A stretch of DNA of 64,000 bases from Candidatus Saccharimonadales bacterium (GCA_041752595.1 JBGSWE010000003.1:13720-77719); one strand, 5' to 3'. Numbered from the stretch's first letter, positions 15,845 through 24,978 are shown. A program made the numbers and translations. The notes: a model not told the origin generated them from the letters alone.

Positions 15845-16537
15845 ATGTATATGAAACAAAAGAATTTTTGGGAAGGTGAAGTGTTGGTGCCGCCATTTGC
15901 CGTACCGTTATTTATAATAACTGGGCTATGTTTATTTTTTTACGCCATTAGGGTATTAGTTAGTGATAGCTTAGAGCTGTGGTTTCTAAACTGGAACCTA
16001 GTCCTGGCTTGGGTGCCTTTAATATTATCCGTTTTGCTAATAAAAAGTCTCAAGAAAAACCGTTGGCTTAGTTGGCAAAACCTAGGTCTTTCATTTTTAT
16101 GGCTATTATTTTTACCAAACGCCTTCTATTTGGTTACAGATTTTGTGCATCTTGATGAAAGTGACAACTTATTATTTATGCTCGATACAGTACTACTGAT
16201 GACCTATGCGCTAACTGGGTTAGTATTGGGCTGGTTTTCTGTATTTGCAGTACATAGAGAATTAAGAAAACGTCTGCAGGCAAATACAACCTATATAATT
16301 TTATTAATTATTTTTTTACTTTCTAGTTTTGCGATTTATTTGGGACGCAACCTTGGCTGGAACAGTTGGGATCTTTTGACTGACCCACTTGGGATAACAC
16401 TTGATATACTTCAGCGATTAACTAATCCTGATAAATATTCAGATACTTACTCTATTACAGGGTTATTATTTATATTTATAACAGTTATATACTGGGCATT
16501 TTATTCTTTCATTAAAGCGGTTAGTCACAAGAACTAA
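15845..16537 (+). CDS. DUF1361 family membrane protein
   Basis: Multi-TM protein with LPNAFYLVTDFVHL and GRNLGWNSWD motifs typical of DUF1361. Confidence 0.65.
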   Translation: MYMKQKNFWEGEVLVPPFAVPLFIITGLCLFFYAIRVLVSDSLELWFLNWNLVLAWVPLILSVLLIKSLKKNRWLSWQNLGLSFLWLLFLPNAFYLVTDFVHLDESDNLLFMLDTVLLMTYALTGLVLGWFSVFAVHRELRKRLQANTTYIILLIIFLLSSFAIYLGRNLGWNSWDLLTDPLGITLDILQRLTNPDKYSDTYSITGLLFIFITVIYWAFYSFIKAVSHKN

Positions 16538-16555
16538 TCTGTTATACTTTACAGC

Positions 16556-18190
16556 ATGCAACAGATTAGTGAGCTTATTGAGGCAAAAGTTTTAGAGCTT
16601 TTTGCAATTGAAGCAAGAGTTGATTTAACGCGCCCAGAAGAGCAGTATGGGGATTTTGCCACCAATATTGCCCTACAAATTGCTAAACAGCTTAATAAAA
16701 ACCCTCGTGAAATTGCCGACGAAATTGCTAGCTCATTACATCACGACGAAATATTTAAAGCTGAAGTTGCTGGTCCTGGTTTTATTAATATTACACTCAG
16801 CGACCAAGGACTTCTTAGATTGGCTAACCAGGAAACTGCTAAGGGCAGAGAAGGCGCCGTAGTAGTCATAGAAACAAACAATCCAAACCCGTTCAAAGCT
16901 ATGCATATTGGCCATGCTTTCAACTCAATCTTGGGAGATACATTGGCTAACTTTTTAGAGGCAAGTGGTGCTATAACTCACCGCGTCAGTTATCACGGGG
17001 ATATTGGACTACATGTAGGCAAGAGTATGTATAGTTTGCTCAGGTTTGTGGAAGGTGATGCAGGAAAGCTTGATACGGTTCGACAAGAAGACCGAAATAG
17101 CTTTATATCTCGTATGTATGCAGAAGGATCGCAGGCCTATAAAGAGGACCCGAGCGCCAAAGCCGAAATAGACGAGCTAACTAAACAGTCATTTACCCGT
17201 GAAGATACTTTGTACTCAGCTGTATACCAAAAAGTTTTTGATTGGAGTTTTGAACAAATAGATATTAATGTTGCACGTCTTGGCAATAAACCCATCAAGA
17301 GACGATTCTTAGAAAGCGAAGCAGAGAGTAGTGGTGTAAGTATGGTCCGTGATAACGTTCCTGATGTTTTCCAGGAAAGTGACGGGGCGCTTGTGTTTAA
17401 GGGTTCAGAGCACGGCTCGTTTGATAATGTATTTGTCAGTAGTCGTGGCACGGGTCTATATGCGGCTCGCGATCTAGGCCTGATTAAGCTTAAAAACGAG
17501 CAGTTTCACCCGCGCAGGAGTTACATAGTTACCGCAGAAGAACAGCGATCATATTTTGTGGGGGTTATTGCCGCCGCAGAATTATGTTTACCCGACACAA
17601 ATGGCCAGACTCTAAATATATCAACTGGCACTGTAAAACTTTCAACCGGCAAAATGAGTTCTCGTGACGGTGAAGTTGTTGAAATATCGTGGTTATTTGA
17701 TCAAATAGCAGAGGCCATAAGAGTTCGCGGTGGTGAACCAGATGAAGCATTGATTGCCGGTGTTCTAAGATACGAATTTTTGAAAGTTCGCATAGGTAGT
17801 GATGTTGTTTTTGATGTTAACGAAGCTGTTAGTTTGCAGGGTAACTCTGGTCCTTATTTGCAGTATGCTCATGCCAGAGCCCGTAGTATATTGAGCAAAA
17901 AAGAACCGTCAACAGATCAAATCAGTGAACTCAGTGAAGGCGAGCGCAGTCTGGTGCGTAAAATAAGTGAATACAATGTAGTAGTTATCAGGTCCATTGA
18001 AGAGTTGATGCCGCACCACATCGCCAATTATTTGTACGAACTCGCCCAAGAATTTAACCGCTTTTATGAGAACAATCGAGTAATAGATGATGGGAGGCAA
18101 GACGTGCGACTCAATTTAGTTAATAAGTACGCTAACACTTTAAAGAATGGCCTAGATTTATTAGGAATATACGCCCCAGAATCAATGTAA
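16556..18190 (+). CDS. argS: arginine--tRNA ligase
   Basis: Class I HIGH motif (AMHIGHAFNS), ArgRS N-terminal domain, C-terminal DALR anticodon-binding region. Confidence 0.93.
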   Translation: MQQISELIEAKVLELFAIEARVDLTRPEEQYGDFATNIALQIAKQLNKNPREIADEIASSLHHDEIFKAEVAGPGFINITLSDQGLLRLANQETAKGREGAVVVIETNNPNPFKAMHIGHAFNSILGDTLANFLEASGAITHRVSYHGDIGLHVGKSMYSLLRFVEGDAGKLDTVRQEDRNSFISRMYAEGSQAYKEDPSAKAEIDELTKQSFTREDTLYSAVYQKVFDWSFEQIDINVARLGNKPIKRRFLESEAESSGVSMVRDNVPDVFQESDGALVFKGSEHGSFDNVFVSSRGTGLYAARDLGLIKLKNEQFHPRRSYIVTAEEQRSYFVGVIAAAELCLPDTNGQTLNISTGTVKLSTGKMSSRDGEVVEISWLFDQIAEAIRVRGGEPDEALIAGVLRYEFLKVRIGSDVVFDVNEAVSLQGNSGPYLQYAHARARSILSKKEPSTDQISELSEGERSLVRKISEYNVVVIRSIEELMPHHIANYLYELAQEFNRFYENNRVIDDGRQDVRLNLVNKYANTLKNGLDLLGIYAPESM

Positions 18191-18217
18191 AACTGTAATT
18201 AGGAGTAAGAGTTTAAT

Positions 18218-18658
18218 ATGAAGAAAGATAAAAAAGATCACCCAACAAGCAGCGAAATAGCTCATGATTTAGTTGAAAAGGCTAAAGAAGAGCTAATTAT
18301 TCAAGAAGAAAAACGTTTGAAAAAACAGGCCAGGGGATTCACTGATTTTATTCGTGAACAAGGCGTAGTTGGCTTAGCGGTTGGTTTGGCGATTGGAACT
18401 GCATCGACATTGTTCGTGAAATCAATAGTTGATGGAATGATAACCCCTGTTGTTGGATGGTTGTTGCCTGGCGGTACCGATCTCAACAATATGTATTATT
18501 GCCTAGATACGGGTGCTAACGGTGAGTGTATAAACAGGCTTAATTACGGTGCAGTAATAAGTAGTTTTATAAGTTTTATTGCAGTTGCTGCCGTTATATA
18601 TTTTGTTGTCAAGGGTCTAAAGTTAGATAAGCTAGATAAGAAGAAAGAAACCAAATAA
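18218..18658 (+). CDS. mscL: large-conductance mechanosensitive channel MscL
   Basis: FTDFIREQGVVGLAVGLAIGTA...IVDGMITPVVG is the MscL signature. Two TM helices. Confidence 0.9.
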   Translation: MKKDKKDHPTSSEIAHDLVEKAKEELIIQEEKRLKKQARGFTDFIREQGVVGLAVGLAIGTASTLFVKSIVDGMITPVVGWLLPGGTDLNNMYYCLDTGANGECINRLNYGAVISSFISFIAVAAVIYFVVKGLKLDKLDKKKETK

Positions 18659-18700
18659 TAAACTCAGCAATATATATGATTCGTCAGGTATTATTAAGTT

Positions 18701-19978
18701 GTGGAACAAGAACAAAAAACTATTAGCCCGAAGTTAGAACCTGAGACTGGTTTTTCTTTACATGAACACGACCAAAATACTATGAAAAAAAAGTCTCGCA
18801 AGAAACTGATAATTATAGCCAGTGTATTAATTTTGCTTGTAATAACAGGTTTGTTTATATTTTTTATAACTCACGAAAAGGCTAGTGCGCCAGATGTTAA
18901 TATTACCAATTCTATAACTTCCGATAGTCCAATTGATTCAACCACAATTGAAATGTTTGCAACCGGTGACTGGATTGCTCATGATGCAATTAATGCCGAA
19001 GCCGAAACAAACGGTGTATACGATTATTCGGCAATGGTTCAAGACATGCTGCCGTATTTGAAAGCAAATGATATTAATTTTTGTAATCAAGCAACATTAG
19101 CTGGAGGGGAAGAGTTTGGCATTACAGGCTACCCGATTTTTAATGCGCCCCTAGAGTGGATTGGTGGCATGAAAGGTCTTGGCTGTAATGTAATTAACAC
19201 TGGCACAAATCATACAAACGACAAAGGACAGGCTCCTATTACCGCACAGCTTGACGAATGGGATAAGCAAAATGTACTGGCCGTTGCTGGTTCAAATCGG
19301 AACAGTGAAGAACAAAACAAGGTACGATACTTTGAGGTAAAAGGCGTTAAGTTTGCCTTTGTTTCCTATAGCACTTATTCAAATGCCCCTAATCCAAATC
19401 CATATAGTCTAAATAGATTTGCTCCAGAATTATATGAGCCACAAATCAAAGAGGCGACAGAACAGGCTGATATAGTGATTGCCAGTATGCGTTGGGGCAC
19501 AGAATATTCGTCTGGAATTAATGCAGCTCAAGAATCGGCTGCGCAAACCTTAGCTAATCTAGGGGTCGATATTGTACTAGGCCATGGTCCTCATGTTCTA
19601 GAACCTGTAAAACGATTAACGGGGCAGTCAGGTAACGAAACCATAGTTTGGTATTCGCTCGGCAATTTTTTGAACGCCCAATTAGAAACAGAAACACTAA
19701 CTGGCTGTGTAGCTACATTTTCGTTTGATATTGCCAGCAAGAAATTAACTGATTCTACCTGTTTTCCAGTTTATCAGCACTATGAATGGAGTGCAGAAGA
19801 CAAGGCAGCCGAGCGGTTATTAAGTCGTAGTAATTTCCGTATCATGCCGCTTTATAAAGCCGATGAATGGCTAGCAAAATCCCAACTTACCACAACCGTA
19901 CAGGAACAGATGGATCGTATTCAAAATATCGTGAACACATATACAAAAGTATCTGTGCAAGACTCAGACGGCTTATAA
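18701..19978 (+). CDS. CapA family (PGA_cap metallophosphatase-like) protein
   Basis: ATGDWIAHD, GTNHTNDKG, RWGTEYS and LGHGPHVLEP motifs. N-terminal TM. GTG start (ATG at MKKKSRKK is an alternative). Confidence 0.8.
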   Translation: MEQEQKTISPKLEPETGFSLHEHDQNTMKKKSRKKLIIIASVLILLVITGLFIFFITHEKASAPDVNITNSITSDSPIDSTTIEMFATGDWIAHDAINAEAETNGVYDYSAMVQDMLPYLKANDINFCNQATLAGGEEFGITGYPIFNAPLEWIGGMKGLGCNVINTGTNHTNDKGQAPITAQLDEWDKQNVLAVAGSNRNSEEQNKVRYFEVKGVKFAFVSYSTYSNAPNPNPYSLNRFAPELYEPQIKEATEQADIVIASMRWGTEYSSGINAAQESAAQTLANLGVDIVLGHGPHVLEPVKRLTGQSGNETIVWYSLGNFLNAQLETETLTGCVATFSFDIASKKLTDSTCFPVYQHYEWSAEDKAAERLLSRSNFRIMPLYKADEWLAKSQLTTTVQEQMDRIQNIVNTYTKVSVQDSDGL

Positions 19979-20758
19979 ATAATCGGGGGCTGCGGGGAGT
20001 TCAAAAAATTCTTCGAGAGTACTGACTCCAGATTTTTTCATTTCGGCAGCTAATTCTTTGCCTACCCAACGCATATGCCAAGGCTCGTATTGGTAGCCAG
20101 TAATTGCCTGTTTACCGTCTGGATATCTAATAATAAAACCATAGCTATGGGCGTTTTCTTTAAGCCACGCGCCTTCGGGCTGTGAATAAAAGCAAATCTC
20201 AAGATGGCAAGTTTGTGTAGCGTTTGTGGCGTCAAACGATAGTCCGGTTTGATGTTCTGACGTACCTGGGCGGGCACTGTAGGTATCGGCTGCTGCTTGG
20301 CCGTCCTTTGCAACGTATGAGTTGTAAAACTGTCTTTGCAAAGCTTCTGAACGGTATCCGCTTCCAAAAACCAGTGTGATATTATCTAGTTTGGCGGCTT
20401 CAAACATCGATTTTAGGTCGGCTGTAGCCTGTTTACTGAACTGCATTTGTTCTTGGCTTTCGCCCAGGCGCAACTTTACATCAGGTACTGCTAAGTCATT
20501 AGGTATATATCCAGACGGCAGTGGTCTAGTTTTATTGACCACCCACCACGGGCTTGCAGGCTCATTAATCGAATAAAGCATACTATCAAAAAATTCTTGG
20601 TCGGTTTGATTAGCAGGGTCTTGGTTGGTTGTTTGTTGAGAATTCTGATCTGTTGCAGAGCTATTTTCTTCGCCAAATACATCCTGAAATTTGAGCACAC
20701 CATAGTACATAGCAACTATTAGCAAGATTATTCCTAACGGAATTAAAAACTTCTTCAT
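19973..20758 (-). CDS. D-alanyl-D-alanine carboxypeptidase, VanY/M15B family
   Basis: GYRSEALQ, ARPGTSEHQTGLSFD and YEPWHMRWVG are the zinc-ligand motifs. N-terminal TM. Start taken at MKKFLIPLG. Confidence 0.88.
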   Translation of the reverse strand: MKKFLIPLGIILLIVAMYYGVLKFQDVFGEENSSATDQNSQQTTNQDPANQTDQEFFDSMLYSINEPASPWWVVNKTRPLPSGYIPNDLAVPDVKLRLGESQEQMQFSKQATADLKSMFEAAKLDNITLVFGSGYRSEALQRQFYNSYVAKDGQAAADTYSARPGTSEHQTGLSFDATNATQTCHLEICFYSQPEGAWLKENAHSYGFIIRYPDGKQAITGYQYEPWHMRWVGKELAAEMKKSGVSTLEEFFELPAAPDYL

Positions 20759-20884
20759 CCCGTTATAAACCACTCAACCTTACTCGTAAAAAATACGTAT
20801 GAAGCTTGGAAAATATTTTTACCGTCAATTGTTTTATAGTTTTCGCCTGGTTTAATACGGGATTCATATACATATTGTACAATA

Positions 20885-21448
20885 GTGGTAACTATGGGAA
20901 TAGAAAAGATACAACCAACCAAGCTACTTTGGATGGATTTAGAGTTTACTGGCTTTGAATACGGCAAAGATATTATCCTTGAAGTGTCAGTTGAAGTTAC
21001 TGATTTTAACTTTAAAACACTAGGTTCTTATGAGGCACGTATTAAAAATGACCCCGGTTATATGGTTGAGCGTATGAAACTCAATACATTTTGGCAAGAT
21101 CATCCAGAAAATCGTGATAATTTTTTGCAGCACAACGATGAAGGTAAGTCAGTAGAAGATGTAGAAAAAGAGCTGATTTCGTTTATAGAGCAGCATTTTG
21201 GCTCAGAACCAGCAATACTTGCCGGCAATTCTATACATTCTGATCGTTCAATGGTGCGTTCCTGTTGGCCTGCGCTAGATCTGCGCCTGCATTATCGCAT
21301 GTTAGACGTTACAAGTCTCAAAATCATCATGCAGGGCAAGTTTGGGGTCGAATACGAAAAGAGCAATACTCACAGGGCTTACGACGACATACAGGAATCT
21401 ATTGCCGAACTGCAATTTTATCTAGATTGGTTACAAAAACATGATTGA
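20885..21448 (+). CDS. orn: oligoribonuclease
   Basis: DEDDh exonuclease motifs: LLWMDLEFTG, LAGNSIHSDRSMV, HRAYDDIQESIAEL. Confidence 0.88.
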   Translation: MVTMGIEKIQPTKLLWMDLEFTGFEYGKDIILEVSVEVTDFNFKTLGSYEARIKNDPGYMVERMKLNTFWQDHPENRDNFLQHNDEGKSVEDVEKELISFIEQHFGSEPAILAGNSIHSDRSMVRSCWPALDLRLHYRMLDVTSLKIIMQGKFGVEYEKSNTHRAYDDIQESIAELQFYLDWLQKHD

Positions 21449-21809
21449 AAACCTAGATCACAAAGTAGTAGAAGAATATATATTGTCGATGCCAAACGCA
21501 CGGCTAGATTACCCATTTGGCAAGGAAGCAGCTGTCTATAAAGCGGGTAATACAGGTGATGACAAAATGTTTGCTCTCATCGCAGAGGGTTCAAATCCGG
21601 TTAGGCTAAGTCTTAAATGTGATCCACAGTTAGCAAAATTACTACGCGAAAAGTATGAGACTGTTATGGAAGGCTATCACCTGAACAAAAAGCACTGGAA
21701 CACGATTTTACTCACCGGGCAGCTGCCTTGGGACGAGGTGCAGGCGTTAATTTTGCATAGTTATATTTTGGTTACTGAGGGCGAAGATGCCCACCAGCCT
21801 AAAGCTTGA
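21441..21809 (+). CDS. MmcQ/YjbR family protein
   Basis: LDYPFG...AVYK...KMFALI...LSLKCDP...GYHLNKKHWNTILL is the family pattern. Confidence 0.8.
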   Translation: MIENLDHKVVEEYILSMPNARLDYPFGKEAAVYKAGNTGDDKMFALIAEGSNPVRLSLKCDPQLAKLLREKYETVMEGYHLNKKHWNTILLTGQLPWDEVQALILHSYILVTEGEDAHQPKA

Positions 21810-22452
21810 TAGTTTTAATCAAAGGTAAAACGGCATCTCTTTGTTTATTTAAGCCGTCAGGGTACTCATCCACTCCAACAAGAGGAAATTCTATTAAGTA
21901 AGAATTTTCTGTAGTGGTAAAAGCCACATAATATGAGTAGCCATCACCTTCACCTTCTTGACCATATATTGCCGGCAAGTCATTCACGGGTGTTTTAGTA
22001 AATTTAGTATATTCACTTTCTACGACTTCTTTTTCTTGGTCAATTTCAAAGTACTGCAGCCATTTATTTTCTGATCTTTTATATAACAAATTAATACTAT
22101 ATAAATCTCCAAAATTTTTGCCCGTAAGCTTGGTGTTAACAGGTGTTGTTATCACATTAATTCTTGATGCATCCCAGTCTTTAGGGTGATAAAACTGTAC
22201 ATTACTACTTTTATACGTGTATGGTACCCAACCTTCAGGGTATGTATCATCAGCAGCTTCTTGTTTGTTTGCATCTGATTCAATACTATCATCTTTGTCA
22301 GTAGATAGTGTTGTGGCCGACGAACTGTTATCTGTATCAGAGTTGTTTTTTAGTACAAACACCCCAATTCCTGCAATAACCGCAACCACACTAACAATGA
22401 TAATTACTTCTGCTACCGCAAAGCCATTTGTATTCAATTTATTCATAAGCAT
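21799..22452 (-). CDS. type IV pilin-like protein (prepilin-type N-terminus)
   Basis: N-terminus ...NTNG|FAVAEVIIIVSVVAVIAGIGVFV has G/F cleavage with Glu at +5 and a hydrophobic helix. Confidence 0.65.
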   Translation of the reverse strand: MLMNKLNTNGFAVAEVIIIVSVVAVIAGIGVFVLKNNSDTDNSSSATTLSTDKDDSIESDANKQEAADDTYPEGWVPYTYKSSNVQFYHPKDWDASRINVITTPVNTKLTGKNFGDLYSINLLYKRSENKWLQYFEIDQEKEVVESEYTKFTKTPVNDLPAIYGQEGEGDGYSYYVAFTTTENSYLIEFPLVGVDEYPDGLNKQRDAVLPLIKTIKL

Positions 22453-22477
22453 AAGCTTAACATGAACTGATTTTTAT

Positions 22478-22592
22478 AAACACCGCAGGAGATAATGCTT
22501 TATCTACTATGGTGTTTGCGGGAGTCGGAGAAAAGGGATTGTTTAGGTGGGTGATTGAATCACTCAAATACATATCTTTTCTCCGCTCCCGC
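22478..22592 (-). other. conserved 3' module of cassette A (two hairpins)
   Basis: Hairpin I, 22518-22592: GCGGGAG...CTCCCGC base, ~17-bp stem. Hairpin II, 22478-22517: AAACACC..AGATAA-AGCA-TTATCT..GGTGTTT then TTTAT. Near-identical flanks recur at 24223-24335. Confidence 0.7.
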
Positions 22593-22605
22593 TTTAAGTT
22601 CTCTG

Positions 22606-22773
22606 TTATTGCTTCGTGAAAAGCAGTTCGTACATACACAATACGATGAGACCAATGGCCAAAAGCACAAAGGGGATCATGAGAATTTTACCCAACGTGG
22701 GGTCTATCAATGTTCCCAAGAACTGAAGTGCCAAACCCAAGAGAACGGCAACAATGAAGAGTCGTTGTTTCAT
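22606..22773 (-). CDS. small hydrophobic protein (55 aa), last gene of cassette A
   Basis: ATG at 22773, 2 nt after the upstream stop. MKQRLFIVAVLLGLALQFLGTLIDPTLGKILMIPFVLLAIGLIVLCMYELLFTKQ*. Below the ORF-track length cut-off. Confidence 0.55.
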   Translation of the reverse strand: MKQRLFIVAVLLGLALQFLGTLIDPTLGKILMIPFVLLAIGLIVLCMYELLFTKQ

Positions 22774-22775
22774 CG

Positions 22776-23018
22776 TTAGATGAAATCTCTTGGACGCAGT
22801 CTTGTTGCTTCACGAGCGAGCTTGTGATCGCTGGGTTGACCGAAGGCAAGGTCGTATACATCGCTCAGTGAGTCGACGTCGTCGTCCTCATCTGGATAAT
22901 CGCCTTCTTCTTCGTCGGTAGCCACGAGGTCTTCTTCGTAAACATGCCAGTCTTCTTCGAGCTCAGCAGAAATTCTGTTGAGCCATTCGGGATCGTCAAA
23001 CCTATCGATTGTCGTCAT
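22776..23018 (-). CDS. small highly acidic protein (80 aa)
   Basis: SD AAAGGAGCAA upstream. Asp/Glu-rich (EEDWHVYEEDLVATDEEEGDYPDEDDDVD). Confidence 0.65.
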   Translation of the reverse strand: MTTIDRFDDPEWLNRISAELEEDWHVYEEDLVATDEEEGDYPDEDDDVDSLSDVYDLAFGQPSDHKLAREATRLRPRDFI

Positions 23019-23077
23019 CTTGCTTGCTCCTTTGGGTAGGGTTTCATCGTCAGATGAGGTTGCTCAGTGTGTTGACA

Positions 23078-23458
23078 TCATCTTCTGTCCAATTCACGGT
23101 CCATTTCGATTTCCAGTGCAACACGTGCTTGCCAATCAGCGTTGCTCGCAAAAGCTTGCTTGCGCAAGGCAAGTTCGGCTTCAGCTGCTTCGATGGTGGT
23201 GAATGCACCATGGCATGAATTGACCAAGTCATTGACTGACGCGGCCCTCTCCCATCCGGTTTTGTACCGAATTTTGATCCATGGTCCATATTTTGGACTG
23301 TACTTGACACCAGGCCAACAAGAAACTTCCTCTTGAGCATCGAGGTACAAAAACTCCTCGATACCATCAGGCGCGCCTTGATAGCTGGTGATGCACCAAA
23401 CGGTGTCTCCCGGCTTGAATGTGGCCATGAACTCTTCAACGCTGTGAATTGCGGTCAT
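23078..23458 (-). CDS. hypothetical protein (126 aa)
   Basis: SD AAGGAGCAA upstream. Its ATG overlaps the upstream stop (ATGA coupling at 23455-23458). Confidence 0.65.
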   Translation of the reverse strand: MTAIHSVEEFMATFKPGDTVWCITSYQGAPDGIEEFLYLDAQEEVSCWPGVKYSPKYGPWIKIRYKTGWERAASVNDLVNSCHGAFTTIEAAEAELALRKQAFASNADWQARVALEIEMDRELDRR

Positions 23459-23766
23459 CTGCTTGCTCCTTGGTTGGTTTCGGTGGGTGTTGCGTTGCTG
23501 TTGGCGATGTCGGTCATAGCGATGACTTTCAGGTCAGCAATTCGACACTGCAAGAGATGTTGGATTTCAACGTACTTTCCAAAACGTCGCGACCATTTGA
23601 TGATCAGGTCGACAGTCCGGCCGTTGAAGTACAAGATGTCTCGTACGCGCTGATCGGGGAAGAGTGCTTCGACGAGTGCATCGACTTCTACTTCATTGCA
23701 TTGACCCAGGTCTACTGTCTGCACTTTAGTGCCGTAGGGTTTGATGTACACGCTGTACGTGGTCAT
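23455..23766 (-). CDS. hypothetical protein (103 aa)
   Basis: SD AAAGGAGCAA upstream of the ATG at 23766 (MTTYSVYIKPYG...). The longer 196-aa ORF in the track is an upstream read-through. Confidence 0.6.
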   Translation of the reverse strand: MTTYSVYIKPYGTKVQTVDLGQCNEVEVDALVEALFPDQRVRDILYFNGRTVDLIIKWSRRFGKYVEIQHLLQCRIADLKVIAMTDIANSNATPTETNQGASR

Positions 23767-23798
23767 TTCGTTTGCTCCTTTGTAGTGGTCAGGTCTTA

Positions 23799-23972
23799 TC
23801 ATTTGAAAGAAAACAAGCATACTGTCGCAAAGAACAGAAATACGTTGCCAACGGTCAAGCTGATTGCACCACCACGCAATTTCCCTTCCGAGAAGAGAAT
23901 CACGCCGAGAGCGAAATACAAGAACGCCACAAAAATACTGGCGCAAAACAAGAAGATTTCGAATCCTGACAT
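23799..23972 (-). CDS. small two-TM membrane protein (57 aa), first gene of cassette A
   Basis: SD AAGGAGCAA upstream of the ATG at 23972 (MSGFEIFLFCASIFVAFLYFALGVILF...). Confidence 0.55.
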   Translation of the reverse strand: MSGFEIFLFCASIFVAFLYFALGVILFSEGKLRGGAISLTVGNVFLFFATVCLFSFK

Positions 23973-24132
23973 TTGGTATTGCTCCTTGGTTCGGGATCTT
24001 TCGATCAGGGTGGGTTCCAGAAGTTGTAACTGGAGCACAAACCATTTACGAATAACGGTCTATATTCCAGCTACAAATTCAGCAATACCTGTCAGACTAA
24101 CAGGGTATATAACAGAGAGCTTATTAAGTTAC

Positions 24133-24196
24133 GTTTTTAGGGAGTGTTCTCACCTAAAAACCTATAAATTGTAGCATAAAAACATCAAAATGTCAA
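24133..24196 (-). promoter_or_regulatory. cassette A promoter plus 5'-terminal stem-loop
   Basis: Minus strand: TTGACA (24196-24191), 17 nt, TACAAT (24173-24168). Then hairpin GTTTTTAGGTGAG-AACA-CTCCCTAAAAAC (24161-24133). Confidence 0.7.
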
Positions 24197-24222
24197 TGTA
24201 TAAACGTACTTGTAACACTGAT

Positions 24223-24335
24223 AAACACCACAAAAGATAATAACTTATCTACTATGGTGTTTGCGGGAGTGAGGATTGAGTAAGATTGTTTTTATAAACG
24301 ATTGCTCGTTTCAATCTTTCTTTTCTCACTCCCGC
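24223..24335 (-). other. conserved 3' module of cassette B (two hairpins)
   Basis: Hairpin I, 24263-24335: GCGGGAGTGAG/CTCACTCCCGC with an inner AAACGA-GCAA-TCGTTT. Hairpin II, 24223-24262: AAACACCA..AGATAA-GTTA-TTATCT..TGGTGTTT. The 26-nt TTATCTACTATGGTGTTTGCGGGAGT is shared with cassette A. Confidence 0.7.
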
Positions 24336-24346
24336 GAAGTTTTCTG

Positions 24347-24775
24347 TTAGCCCTTGGGAACGCAACCCTCGACAACACCGTTGTCTTCGAGGATGGTGTC
24401 GATATTGGGCATCATGCTGAGTGGACCGAATTCCCAACCTCGAGTGGTGACGTCGTAGCTGTGGCAGACTTCAATGTCGCCAAACAGATCAGCACTGTCG
24501 AAGCGCCGACTCGAGATCGAGAACCAGATGTCTGCAACAGCAAGCGTAGGGCCGTCGGTGTAGACGCGGTAACTGCCGTCGCTGCCGCCGCGATCCTTGT
24601 ATTCGACGATGATCGTCCGTTCTTCGGTGTTGGTGTAGTCGAATATGAGTACGCCGATGCCGATGATCGCGACGATGATTGCCACAAACACGGGAGCGGA
24701 ACTCATGGAGTTGTCGAACCAGAAGAAGCAAACGACGAGCGTTGCGATGATGATGAGGATGACCAGGAATGGCAT
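24347..24775 (-). CDS. membrane protein (142 aa; two N-terminal TM helices plus a soluble C-domain)
   Basis: SD GGAGGG upstream of the ATG at 24775 (MPFLVILIIIATLVVCFFWF...). GC-rich. Confidence 0.6.
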   Translation of the reverse strand: MPFLVILIIIATLVVCFFWFDNSMSSAPVFVAIIVAIIGIGVLIFDYTNTEERTIIVEYKDRGGSDGSYRVYTDGPTLAVADIWFSISSRRFDSADLFGDIEVCHSYDVTTRGWEFGPLSMMPNIDTILEDNGVVEGCVPKG

Positions 24776-24978
24776 TATATTTCCCTCCAAATGGGAAACT
24801 TGCAAAGAGGACGGAATTGTCCCTAAAGGTACTTGCTACCTTTTCGAATGTTTGGGGTACAAACTTTCGAGCCGACTCTTTAATAACAATAAAGAACCGA
24901 GCTCGAAAGCTCGACACATTTAATCATCAACACCGTTTTCGCATCATATGGTACTAACAAAAAAACTTGTAAAATTGC

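Noticed and set aside
16196-16202. Other CUGAUGA / CUGANGA core matches. Plus strand: 16196, 60831, 61011, 4921, 29651. Minus strand: 22247-22253, 31907-31914, 43661-43667, 43752-43758, 60814-60821, 23047-23053.
   Set aside because: All lie inside well-supported CDSs. None is followed by a helix II hairpin plus GAA, or preceded by a helix I hairpin and an NUH site. About this many 7-mer hits are expected by chance in 128 kb of two-strand sequence.
23767-24045. N-terminal 93-aa extension of the 196-aa minus-strand ORF 23455-24045.
   Set aside because: The extension overlaps the separately supported 57-aa TM gene in another frame and is Arg/Cys-rich nonsense-like sequence. An SD-preceded ATG at 23766 gives a compact 103-aa product.
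22478-24335. Integron attC sites as an explanation for the cassette 3' hairpins.
   Set aside because: There is no RYYYAAC/GTTRRRY core pair at the hairpin ends and no intI integrase. Each cassette carries its own promoter, which is unlike integron cassettes.
22978-24957. Many long plus-strand ORFs (e.g. 23449-24174 at 241 aa, 24302-24826 at 174 aa, 23333-23653, 24645-24923) and alternative minus-strand frames (24412-24687, 24489-24917).
   Set aside because: They are antisense or off-frame shadows typical of GC-richer DNA. None has an SD. The minus-strand genes I called have strong AAGGAG-type SDs, tight coupling and sensible hydrophobic or acidic compositions.
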